This document shows, piece by piece, positions 11,396-21,947 of a stretch of DNA of 64,000 nucleotides. Position 1 is the first letter of the stretch. Each line of letters opens with the position of its first letter. The stretch lies in NCBI GenBank assembly GCA_964270895.1, contig OZ185440.1, one strand, 5' to 3'. The translations under genes and the position numbers were made by a program. The stretch comes from Podarcis filfolensis (taxonomy: Eukaryota). The notes under the pieces were generated by a model. It saw nothing but the letters and a program-made list of their open reading frames with translations. It was not told the origin of the DNA and ran no database searches.

Positions 11396-14077
11396 AACAT
11401 GGTTTCCTGGTGTATCTGAATCATGTTAATTTGTACATTTTCATTCAAAGTATGTCTGTAAGTTGTTTTATTGCAGTTTTTATCTATCAACATACCTTGT
11501 TTTATGCACACATAAATTCACCTAAATCACTCGTGAAATTAGTTATTATTTATAGATCCATTTGAGTTGATAGGGCATGCTCCCCTGCAGGCAAGGGGTG
11601 TTTACAATATTTTAAAAGTCTCCTATCATGTACATCTTTATTTGCCTCCTACTAAGGAAAGGATGGAATCCACATTCTTTGCAAGATCCATTCTTTCTAT
11701 GGACAGATGTTTTAGATAAAATAATATTTCACACTATGCATTCTCCCACCATTTCCCTTCATTCCTACTCAAGCAAAACAACTCATCAACACAACTCACA
11801 TACTGTATTTGGTTCATTCCTCTGTGTTCATCTTAACTCCAGATTGTTCCACAGTCCATTCCTTATTCTAAATTTATTACTTTAAGGATAGGTATGTAAA
11901 TCATCTTCTCAATACAACATTCTTACTCCCCCTCCCCCCCGAAAAAACTAAAAGGGATATATAATAAAAACCCTACACTGAGAAGTAGTATAGCATATAC
12001 CGTTACCTTGTACAAAGGAAATAATAATTGCTTGGTTACTACTGGGGGAAGATGGGGTTCATCAGCTTGGAAAGGTAGCCCATCTAGGAGAAGGAAAACT
12101 CTGATCCTAGGCCCCTGCTGCCTTATGGGATATCTTTGAGAAAAGAAAAGGCTAAATAATAAACCCTACACAAATCCAGAGTAGAGTCCCTGAGGCGGTT
12201 GGATGACACCTTGTATGCCTCCTTCTGGCGACTCTAGCAGCCAAGCTGGTGCCAAATGTATTGATCTGCTTTCCTTTGGACCACATCAGTGAGTGAGGGC
12301 AAGAGGAGGTCTTATCATCTGGGCAGCAGAGGACCTCCATACAAGCAGCCCAGGCTTGCAAGCCGGGGAAGTCACTTCAGAGCTGCTAATGCAATGGTTT
12401 GAATTCACCCCCAGAAGTGCACTCCATTGTCTCTTGAGACAGATATCATCTAGAAAAGATTGCAGAACCTCAGGCCCAGGGACTGAATGTGGCCCTTGAG
12501 GACCCTCAATTTGGCTCTTGGGACTTTCAGCCGGTCATGTCCCCTTCCTTGACATCACCCCACAATGGTCCAGCTCTGTGACCTTCAAGTGTTTTTCTCT
12601 GGTTGGATTTTTAAAAATTATTATTTTTTATTGCACTTCTATTCCATTTTGCCTCCTAGAAGGAGCTCAAAGTGGTACACACACAGTTGTCCCCTTCCCC
12701 ATTTTTTTCTTTGTAACACCCTTGTGAAGTAGGCTAGGCTGAGAGAGACTGGCTCAAGGAACCTTATGCCTGAGTGGGGATTTGAACATGGGGCTCCCCA
12801 GTCAAGCCCAACACACTAACCACCACACTACACTGTAATAATGCCTCTTGCTTGCCTGGAGGAGAGCGGTGCAGGGAGTGAGTGAGTGGTGTATTCTGTA
12901 CACTTTTGCCTCTGTCTCCTCTTACCACTGACATGAACCCCCTGGAAATGCAGCCCTTGAGCTGAGAAAGGTTAGTTGTCCCTGTATTGTAAGTTGTCCC
13001 CACACAAATGAAGGCTAGGTGGCTGCTACTGCTCTGGCATTGCTGGAAAACCCCTACATGGCAGAAGGGTCACTCGACGGCTTTTTCACTTGGGGTTGGC
13101 ACAGGTTAGCCTGTGTTTTTAACTGCTGAGTGACCACGGTGCAGAGGATCAACAGGCAAAACGTTCCTCACCATCCCACTGCTGTGCTGCAAAAGGCTGT
13201 ACGGGTAAGGTTTCTGCCTGTCGTGAAGTTTTTTAAGATGGCAACCTTATTCTTAGGAAATGGAGAAGGGAGGGCTGGTCTATTATGCACCATCATAAGC
13301 ATTTTAGCAGAGAAGCTTTGAGATGCTAGTAAACTAATTCCCAGCATTTCAAGAAATATGAGGAAGAAAGTTAGGTCTTTTTCAGAGAAAAGGGGGAAAA
13401 GGGTCAGAAGCTCAAGTTCTGCAGGTAGAAGCATCCTGTGAGCCAGCAGAAATGGGGAGGTGACTTTCATTGACCTCATTTCTTCTCCTGGAGCCCCTTT
13501 TCCCCTCAAAAAACTATTCTAGGGAATTGGGGGACTCTCTGAACACCATATGTGGCAGTATAGGAAGGAGAAATTGGCAAAAAATATGTCATCAGTGGGA
13601 GTGTCTGCTAGATCCTTCTCACCTCTACAAATGAGAGAATCCTCTCTATATGCAGAGGATCAGTTAGGATCCAAGTCAGAAACATTTTTCATCATTTGGT
13701 TACAAAATCAATGCACAACTCATTTAAAAAAAGAATCATAATAAACTGCCCTCTCTGTGTGTTTTTTATTTAGAATATTTCTAGCCCATTTCATCCAGTC
13801 AGGTTATTAAACATCAGTTACCATGTGTAACATTAAAATAATAATAATAATTCTCTTGATTTCTGGAACAGTAGAGAGGAGACATTAAATCCCTTATTAA
13901 CGATGAGGAGGGTTATGATGATGATGGATACAGTGTTATACTTCAGTCTTGATCTTGACCACTGTAAACAAAGTTGTAGGGGTTGGGGGTTGGGAATCCA
14001 GCTGTACTCACAAAGATCTTGGCTTCTTCATGTTCTATAAACTCTCTTTCCAGCAACAAGTAAGCTCTCGAGTGCAT
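1243..14077 (-). CDS. UBE2U: UBE2U ubiquitin-conjugating enzyme E2 U, span of coding exons 1-7 (3' end unresolved)
   Basis: Exons 14012-14077, 10767-10848, 9086-9178, 7590-7687, 5854-5980, 4353-4422 and 1243-1331 splice in frame to MHSRAYLLLEREF...GITVAPVGDSLMEWVAEIEGLKDTLWEG...IPFHPNVDPKTGRPCLDFLDD...VLLSIPVLKNPVNLEAA...YYWTWYKLATSKA. UBC fold with HPN motif and catalytic Cys. Position downstream of ROR1 matches the human ROR1-UBE2U synteny. Confidence 0.93.
2050..2200 (-). mobile_element. CR1 LINE 3' fragment
   Basis: The reverse complement reads tcctgcattgagcaagtggctggactaaattgcctccaaggtcctttccaac, a degenerate CR1 3' terminus. Confidence 0.55.
2691..2736. repeat. (CAAA)n microsatellite
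   Basis: About 11 units, read directly. Confidence 0.95.
3430..3850 (+). mobile_element. L2 (LINE2) ORF2 3' fragment, degenerate
   Basis: Translation includes SLRVLLEPILSPEAQLASVA and RLDYCNAFYVGLPLKTNQKRQLVQNAVTRLL...LKQLHW, typical of the L2 ORF2 C-terminus. Confidence 0.85.
4353..4422 (-). CDS. UBE2U: UBE2U probable coding exon 6
   Basis: ctctttttatag|CTATCAGT...GGAAG|gtaata, 70 nt with no stop. Its phases (1 in, 2 out) exactly bridge exons 5 and 7. Encodes (A)ISLERSLSTFRRPQEDEEYGQG(R). Protein similarity is weak, so the call rests on splice signals and phase. Confidence 0.72.
5025..5310. mobile_element. Palindromic TIR MITE hosting a nested insertion
   Basis: 25-bp TIRs CAGCCTTTTTCAATCTTGGGTCCCC and GGGGACCCAAGGTTGAGAAAGGCTG. 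Degenerate relatives occur near 9610-9735, 18060-18150 and 18925-19050. Confidence 0.8.
5124..5265. mobile_element. hAT-like MITE nested in the 5025-5310 MITE
   Basis: Ends CAGTGCTATTTTT and AAAAAAGTCCTG. 8-bp TSD gttgtagt/gtcgtagt (7/8). Internal repeat GAGGTGCCAGAACT. Confidence 0.8.
5854..5980 (-). CDS. UBE2U: UBE2U coding exon 5
   Basis: ttcctgcag|GTTTTGCTG...CTAGAAG|gtaata, 127 nt. Encodes VLLSIPVLKNPVNLEAANLLKNNYPLYRKKVIQCVKTSQHLE. Confidence 0.93.
6376..6528. mobile_element. TIR MITE (superfamily uncertain)
   Basis: TAGGCTGCACATACACCATAC versus the reverse complement of the right end, TAGGCTGCACACGCCCCATAC. Confidence 0.7.
7590..7687 (-). CDS. UBE2U: UBE2U coding exon 4 (catalytic Cys codon at 7662-7664)
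   Basis: catgcaag|TGGACCCA...ATCCAG|gtaaag, 98 nt. Encodes DPKTGRPCLDFLDDPTKWDTKLTMTGILLCIQ. Confidence 0.95.
8480..8700 (-). mobile_element. L2 ORF2 fragment, degenerate
   Basis: Encodes LKTQFHSLGVAIDPAQFLESKLAVMTRTVLYELQLVLQFCPFL, resembling the L2 SLGV.LD..L motif region. Confidence 0.7.
9086..9178 (-). CDS. UBE2U: UBE2U coding exon 3
   Basis: tgtaccag|GAGCTGAA...CCCAATG|gtaagg, 93 nt. Encodes AELQLSLRYTEEYNRVPPSITFNTIPFHPN(V). Confidence 0.95.
10767..10848 (-). CDS. UBE2U: UBE2U coding exon 2
   Basis: ttttctcag|GGCATTACA...TGGGAAG|gtagcc, 82 nt. Encodes GITVAPVGDSLMEWVAEIEGLKDTLWE(G). Confidence 0.94.
11321..11392. repeat. Compound (TG)n(AG)n microsatellite
   Basis: Read directly. Confidence 0.97.
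12715..12835 (-). mobile_element. tRNA-derived MIR/CORE-like SINE, degenerate
   Basis: The reverse complement reads cagtgtagtgtggtggttagtgtgttgggcttgactggggagccccatgttcaaatccccactcag (A- and B-box-like). A related copy lies at about 61420-61600. Confidence 0.6.
14012..14077 (-). CDS. UBE2U: UBE2U first coding exon
   Basis: ATGCACTCGAGAGCTTAC...ATCTTT|gtgagt, 66 nt. Encodes MHSRAYLLLEREFIEHEEAKIF (human MHGRAYLLLHRDF). In-frame upstream ATGs at 14083 and 14092. Confidence 0.92.
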
Positions 14078-14197
14078 ATTCATAGTACTCATGGCTCTCC
14101 CACAGAATCTGTCCTAAAGACCACAAAAATAAAAGGTTAGAACATTTTGCCTTTTCAAACTGTTGAATTGAATTGAGCTGCAATCTGCCAACACAAA

Positions 14198-14664
14198 GTT
14201 ACCCTGGCAAAGCAATCTTGATATAGAAGAGCTTTTAAGCGGCAATTTTTTTTTATTTTTTATATTTTTTAAGACAGACAGACGAAGTCAACCCTGATCC
14301 ATTTCTTATTCTTAGATAGAAGGTCAGCTACTGGCACAGGTAGCACCCATAAGAAGGGGAAACTACAAAGGCAGAGCAAGAACTAGGCCATACTCTGTGT
14401 ATGGAGTGTAACCTAGCAACAGCAGCGTGCCTTCCCTCGGCTTGGTTCATTAGTTTTCCCTCGCCCAACCAATCAGGACAAGCCTTTGTTTGCTCTTTTG
14501 TCCTACCTCCAATCAGAAGCAGGCTTTCATCCAGACCTTGAAACTACAGTTCTTCAACTTCTGCTGGGATCAGATTACAGAAGCGGGGAGGCTCTCCAAA
14601 CGCAGCAAGTGTTCAAAAAAGCAAGGGCGGGGGAGCAAGTGCTTTAAAATGCTATGGGGCGTGG
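14198..14664 (-). promoter_or_regulatory. Probable UBE2U promoter: RFX X-box, two CCAAT boxes, GC boxes
   Basis: GTAACCTAGCAAC at 14408-14420 fits GTNRCC-N-RGYAAC. X-box-like GTTACCCTGGCAAA at 14198-14211. CCAATCAG at 14469 and 14509, GGGCGGGG at 14625 and GGGGCGTGG at 14656. All lie just upstream of the first coding exon. Confidence 0.6.
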
Positions 14665-14869
14665 AGGCAAAACGAAGGGGCTAAGCAGCCCATGCCACTC
14701 CCTCACCAACCCCCTTGGCCACATCCCTCAGACGCCTGCTGTGGGGCAGAAGCACAGATTGCAGGAGGAGGAGCCAAGCGGGTTGGTTAAGGTCCAGCGC
14801 ATCAAGAGCAGGCTTGGTGCCTCCGAACAAGTCCTGGCACAGTTCCCAGGTGTGGGTCTGTCTGGAAGT

Positions 14870-15263
14870 CAGTGCCGGATTTATGTATAAGCTAAACAAG
14901 CTATATCTTAGGGCCCCACTCTCTTGCCCCCCCCAAAAGGGGGAAAAACTGGATGTACATTTCCAAAATATAAGATAAAAAATAAATAAAACCTACATAC
15001 AGCAACAGTGTTTTGTGTTGAGTAGGTTCCTATGATGTAAGTCATGGGCCCCTCCTGCTAGCATGCTGCCTAATATAAAACATTTTGCTCGTTTCTGTAT
15101 ATAGGGTGCCTACATTCTGCATGTGCCAATGGCTTTAGATACCTATTAGGTCCATAAATTACCATATAGCATATATTCAACACAAAAGCGACAATTTGTT
15201 CTTGACAAAGGACCCCATGACCTTCAGTAGCTTAGGGCCTCATCAAACCTAAATCGGGCCCTG
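14870..15263. mobile_element. hAT-like MITE
   Basis: TIR CAGTGCCGGATTTA versus CAGGGCCCGATTTA (reverse complement of the right end). 8-bp TSD ctggaagt/atggaagt. Confidence 0.85.
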
Positions 15264-18200
15264 ATGGAAGTGTATGTTAAGCAGAGCTTCATGGTGGAAA
15301 GCAACACACGAGGGCAAGATGGCAGAAAAGGCAAAAGTGCAACTGACACACCATGGCTTTCCCACACATAGATGACCGGAGGAAGAGATGAGCAAGATGC
15401 TCTATGCTTTCTGTGATATTTTTGCACATCTGTAGTCAAGGAATAGAAACTTTCATCTCCATTCTGTTGCGCCTTGTTGAACATGGAAGTGTGTGTGCGT
15501 GTTGTGTGCGTGAGAGTACTTGTGTTGTGTGTTTGAGACTTGAGCTGCTTAAAAACACACCTGAGAGAATATAAGCACATGCACTGGTGTAAGGTAAAAT
15601 ACTTATACCTGTGTTGTGACAGTGTCAAAGCATGCACAACTGCATTTTTGGTATGGGCCACTGGCCAATTTAAAGTTTATAAATTGTGGCCTTCCCCCAG
15701 TTTTCAAAAGCTTTCACATTTCATCCTTGCTATGATTTCCCTCGCTTAGTAGTTTATTGTAGTTTTTGTCTTAAGCTAATGTTGAATGAAATGTTTGGAT
15801 ACAAGTGTGTCATCTCTACCCTAAAGGGGATGTAGTATTAGTCATAAAACAAGATAAAACTACTCCTGTAAGACTTGCTTCTTTAAATCATTCTACTGGC
15901 CATTAATTAAAGTAATTAAAGTCAGTGTGTGCCAGTAACATTTGCAAAACTATGTTCTCAACACCATGGCCTTTCTGCTTTAAAAGCATTTTTTGCAAAT
16001 GCAGCACCAGAACGTGGGTGCTTTATTTCCATGGGACTGTGATGAAATCTGGATGCAATTTCCAGATAAGGAAAAGGATCCAAATTCTGAAGCTAAATCA
16101 TATAACAGCCAGATTCTGGATATAAAATACTTTGGGGAGAGGTATGGACAGAGTGCAACTACACAGGGTGGGGGTGGGGAAGAGACCAGCAATTCAACAA
16201 TTGAAAAAACAAGATGTTGTCACAGGGCCTAAGCAAATATAGAGCTCCTGGGATTAACTTTGCAACAGACTTCTTTTGCAGATATCCCCACCTGCATGAG
16301 CTTGCTTTTATAGATCTAGTATATATCTATATCCTCTATATCTCATGGTGGTTATACTCCCACATCAGCGGCAAGATCCTGCATGCTGTTCTGTGGTAGA
16401 GCAGCTTTTTTAAAAAGCAAAGATGGAGAAATGAAAATGAATTCAGACTTATTTCTGGACACCTAATATTTCAAATATTCTGCAGTTGCTGTTCAATTCA
16501 AACAGGAACATAAATTGTTCTGCTGGATTCCTCTACTTTAAAGGTCCCTTGTTAATTCACATCCAGATTCATGTAAAGATTATATTTTATCTCACCAACC
16601 CTTAGCACAGCTGTGTGTGCAACAGCTCTTGTGTTTGTTTGGGGGGGGGATTGCATTTGATTTTGTATGTAAAAGCTTTCTTCATCTCACGTTTCTTTCA
16701 TTGAAATTGCATTTGTTTTGCGTTTCCTTCATGTGCTCATTTTGTTATTCAGTATAGTTTCAAATCTCCATTGAAATTTCCCCTCCACCCTTTTTTATTT
16801 ATCTATTTATTTTGTCCATTGCTACACTAGAGCAGATATTGGAAGCCACCACCTAACCCCTCAGATGTCTTCATGCAACATCATTCTGTTGCATTTTCAG
16901 CAAAAATTAGTAGCCACCAATGGAAAATGTGATAATTGCTGCAGCTGATGCCATTTTATCTTCCCAGGTATCCCAGAATTACCCTGTGTTGGAAGCTTCT
17001 GGGGAGATGGGTGGCTGCCAAGAGCAAGCTACTGCTTTCTGCTCTGCTGCCAGCAAAAACATGTAATCCCCACCCACTGGAAACCTTTAACAGTGCTTCC
17101 ATTCTTCCATGTTTCATCCTCTGAGCATTGGGATAAATGTGAACTGGACCACTAGTTGTTCCAGTTTTCCATTCATCACAAAACATATGCACACCCCTAG
17201 ATGCAATTCAACTGTAATCTGTCAGAACAGTTGAAATCCTGCTACTAAACACATGCATATTTAGCACTACCGGAATAAAATGGACAATTCCACTCAGAAA
17301 TGAAATTGGTTTGAAATCAGTTGTCCCACTGCAGACATAAAGATTATTTTGATGATTCAAGGTTGTTCTTCTCAGAGACCAATTCAATACATAGTCTCAA
17401 TGTGTAGTGTCTTGTATTTTCAGCATTTTTTACTACCTCAGCAATATAAATGTTCTTACTTTTTCAAGCTCAAACAAGAATATGATTGGGGTATATCGGC
17501 TGAATGAATCATCTACCCTCATAAAAATATGAAGTTATAAAAATTATTGCAGAAAGTTGCAGCTGCCCCATTGTGAAGTCAAAGGGTTTGTAGGCCCACA
17601 GAGAGACCGGGGTTTTGGTGAGTGATGATCCTTAGCGATTGAAGATCCAGCCAGAAGACAGACCTTTTCTGAGAATCAATGGATGTGGTTTTATGAGTAA
17701 GAGCTGCATAACCGGTCTCCAATATCATTAAATCTTTATGCTATAGCAGTGCTTTGCATGTGCAATGTAAGAGAATGTGACTGCTTTATTTCCTGTTGAT
17801 GGAGGGAAATATTTGGAAAGGGGGGGTGGGTAAATGTGCATACAGTGTTTTATTTATTTTTTCTTGCTCTGGGCATCACACGTATGTTCTAAATAGGCTC
17901 TTTAAGTATTGTATTTGTTCATTGTTTCTGACACTTTCTTGAAGAGTTTCCTTAACCAGCTTGCAAAGCTGAAATGGTTGCTAAAAGTGGAATACCACTG
18001 AGCCAAGCAATTAGTATTTGTACAACCCACATAGTACTCTCTGGAAATTGTTGAATTCACCTTAGCCAGTCTTACCCAGTATGGTCAATGGTCAGGGATG
18101 TTGGGAGTTACAGCTCAACAACAACTGGAGAACACCGTACTGGCTATCCCTGCTCTAGGCTGTAGTCCACACTCCCAAGGACTTTCCGGTTCATGGGTCA

Positions 18201-19489
18201 GTTGGTTAGTCAGTGCATTGATCCAGCTGAGCTATGTGGAGAAACAGCCTGCCAAAATAAATGTGCAGTTGGTAAAGTTGTTACTAGCGAGCATGCTGTT
18301 CACACATACCCATGAGTTTTGGAATGCACTGTTTCACTGTGTATGTAACATCAAGCCATAACCCCTGATTAAGCAAAAAGAGCCTGTGCATACAGCTTCC
18401 ATTTTGTTCATTCCTCCAGTGAGGAAACAAACCACGTAGTGGCTGGCTTAGCATTAGTGGCTGGCCCAGGAATTGTTTCTCCCAAACAATTACAATTGAG
18501 ATTTGGCTTTAGATTGTGGTTTGCTTGGAGCTAAACAAACCACAAGTGTTGGGTCAGATGTATGTAGTAACAACTAGCCACTCTGTGGTTTGTTTGCACA
18601 CTGGAGGAAAAGTGCAATGCGGGAGACTTTGATCTGCAAGCACCAGCACATAGCTTGTACACAGCATAATTTGCTTAGCCATAGCCTATGGTTCCGTGTT
18701 GCACCTGAATGTGGCCATAGTGTTCTCAATTTTATTGCTAGCAGCCTCATTGTTCCTTGGAGCACAACTGCATTGTATAGTGACTGGGCTGATAATATAG
18801 TGACTTGTGAAAGGTCACCCAGTGAGCTTCATGGTTGACCATCCAAACTTAATTCTACTCACTGCATGAATTCTTTTCTTGAGCAACTAACATCATATGT
18901 GAGAACTCATAATTGTCTATTCAAGGGGTAGCTAACTTGTGGCCCTCAGGTCGCTGGAGTCCAGATCCCACCAGCCAGCATGACCATGGTAAACAGTGAT
19001 GGGAGTTGATGTCAAGCTACATCTGAAGGCCCACAGATGCCCCATCCTTGTTTACCCCATTGAATGCTTAAATGCAGAACTGGGTACAAGTATAGCTCCA
19101 GGTCCAGCAAGAGATTTGGTCAGTAAGTGTACAAGTCTTCTTGCATGTATTTCAAAAATAAAATCCTATTTTGCTGGTTTGTCAGATCCAAGAACCATGC
19201 AGTATTCAGACCTGTCACGTTCATTGTCATATATTTATTTTCAGTCCTTAACTCACTGCAGGGCAATTCCCAGTTCCAGCTGTGATGCTTGCTTTGTAAA
19301 AGTGCCTCTCTATTGAATCTTTGTGAAAGGTAAGGAAACTATTAAACTGTGTGAGGTAACCTTTAAATTAGCTGCTTTTTTCTGTTAGCAGGATTAGACA
19401 GGATTTTGTCCTTTAATTTCGCTGTTTTTCTGAACTTACATTTGCATCTCTCAAGCTTCATAAGGTATAGTTTAAAGTATTATATTTCA

Positions 19490-21947
19490 TTTATTTGAAG
19501 AAAGACGAAATGATTATTTAAAGTGTGAAGGTTTGTGACATTTCTTCCTCTGTATGTCCAAGTTGCAGAAACCGTATTTTCACCAGAGTTTGCAAAATGT
19601 TGATTCTTTAGCAAAGGTTCCCCTCACCCATATTATCCAATTGATAGTGTTGAACTGCTTTCTTGTCTTCATTAGCTCCTTTGTGAATTCCTGTTCCTAT
19701 TTAAGTGTTGTTGTTTTTTTTAAAAAAGCACACAACCTGTACCTTGTGCAAGAAGAAAAAGATTTGATAGTTGGCATTAACAATTTTTTCTATTGCGCAA
19801 GACAACTGGCTCAGTTTTTCCTCAGAGCATGGTTTTCACTGCCAGTATTCTATATTTAAGAGACACACAATTGGCTTGCATTTTGAAGATGCTTAAAGCA
19901 TCCACAAATTAAAATATAAGCAATTTGGCTTGTTATTCAGAATACACCTCATGAGAACTTTTGATCTGTTTAGCAATAGTGACTAGAACAGTAATAATAA
20001 CTGTAATAGAAGAGCCCAAGGGGGCTTTTAAATTGTTTTTCCTCAGACAGGAGTCTCTTTACCTCATTGCATGGCAAATAACTCTGGAAAATGACGGGGA
20101 AATTTTGTAGAGTCATGAAAGTAAGCAGTACACAGAAAAATATAAAATAGCCCACTTTGTGAGATTGATCTGGGGACAGTTTGGGGATGGATGATGATTA
20201 ACAATAGTCTCAAATGACTAATAACAATAGTCTCAATTGACTTATTGTATAAGGAAGGCTAGCAGGATGTGGCACTTAATCCATCTGAGATTTTCAGAAC
20301 ATTGATTATCATTCCGAAAATATGCATGTTGTTCTTTAAAACCATGTTTTAATAACCAGCAGCATATAATAATCAGAGTTTAATATCACTCTGGTGGTGT
20401 CTGAAATACAAAAATGCACTGAGCTTCTGCATAAAGTAGTCTGTGTTGCTACGTTTACATGCTTACCTTAGTGCAACATCCTCAATGAGTAGATTAATAA
20501 AGTAATACAGTAATCAAATGCATGCAATGAAAACAAAATATGTATTAAAACATTGTCTGAATGTCACCTTGTATATTTTAAAGACATATCCACGTAGTTA
20601 AAAAATGAGAAACAGACAAGAAATAAAAAGCAGGATGTATTTTTCACTTCTGCTATACAAAGACAACATTTTTGTGCAAAAGATTTTGAAAAAAAGTACT
20701 GTCAAGTGTCTGAAAGATTTGTGTATATAATCCATACAAAAATTATTTTAATAAAAAAGTCTGAGAGGTTGTAATTTACACAGTATTTTTTCAAACATTA
20801 CAGTGGTTTCAAAATAATCCAGATTGATTACACCTGAATAAAATTCAGTAATAAAAATGCAATTTTCTAGTAAAAAGTTAATTCTAATTCACATTATTTG
20901 AAATGACATACAAAAGTTATCATAGAAAATTTCTAAAAAATTGCTGTGTACAACTGATGGAATGTAGGCTTCCCATTTCAGGGTTATCACTACAAAAGCT
21001 ATTTATTTTACTTGAAATAATAAATATTCTTGGGAAAACTGATTGTCTGTTATAAAATAAGAATTTAGAGTTTTCTTTAATTAAAGGGTTGCATAGCAAC
21101 AAAGGGATACAAAAATTCTATTGCAACTACAGATATAACGTCAAGAAGTATAATTTTCACTCACTTATCATATGCAGTTCCAAGAGGGTTCTATTGCTTG
21201 TCCTAGTTTATGCATGAGCTTAGACGTATCACTAGACAGAAACTGTTTACATACTCAAAACTGAATATGTCTGAACAAAATTCTTGTCTAAAAAGGAATT
21301 GTCATTTTGATAATATATTGCACATCCACTACACTTCTGATTTGTGGATGCTGTTTAAAGGGGGAAAATAATAAAAGTCAATGCCCAATGTGTGCCATTA
21401 GAATGAAATACAAGCAAATTTATCACTGTGTTTGGTTTCACCCTGTCTCTGGATCAGGTACGGTACTTGTGTCTTGTGGTGCCCTCAAACCACATTAGAC
21501 CAAAAAAAAGAGTACAACTTCCATTCTGCAGGAGCATACTTAATTGTCCTCAACATTTGTCTTAACCACATTCATTCATAAAAGTGACCGATATTAAAAT
21601 GGGTTTAGAATAATAAGATTGCTGAGACAGAAATTACGGAACTGTGATTAAATAAAACGTATCACAGTTAATTTTCTTTTTCACTCACACACAAAAAATT
21701 CTTTCTCCTTGGTAGCTGTAAAATAAGGGTTCATCCAAGATACTGAGTGTAAACTCCATTTTTGAAAAATACGGTTGGCACCTCTTTATCCTGTTAAGCA
21801 CAAATAAACTTCACAGAAGATACTTATTGCAAATATCTCTTTATACAGCCAGAAGAATCTCCAATAAAATATTTGAATATAAATCTCCTCTAAAAACGTT
21901 CTATATTCCATATTGTAAATAGGTTTATTTACAAAAGTCTTGTTTAT
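19490..21947 (-). other. ROR1: Probable ROR1 3' UTR (distal end uncertain)
   Basis: AT-rich, repeat-poor stretch after the stop. Candidate AATAAA signals on the minus strand at 21943-21948, 21924-21929, 21002-21007 and 19490-19495. The end point is inferred. Confidence 0.45.

Noticed and set aside
15224-15661. 145-aa minus-strand ORF upstream of UBE2U
   Set aside because: It includes low-complexity (CA)-like sequence and MITE sequence and has no domain similarity.
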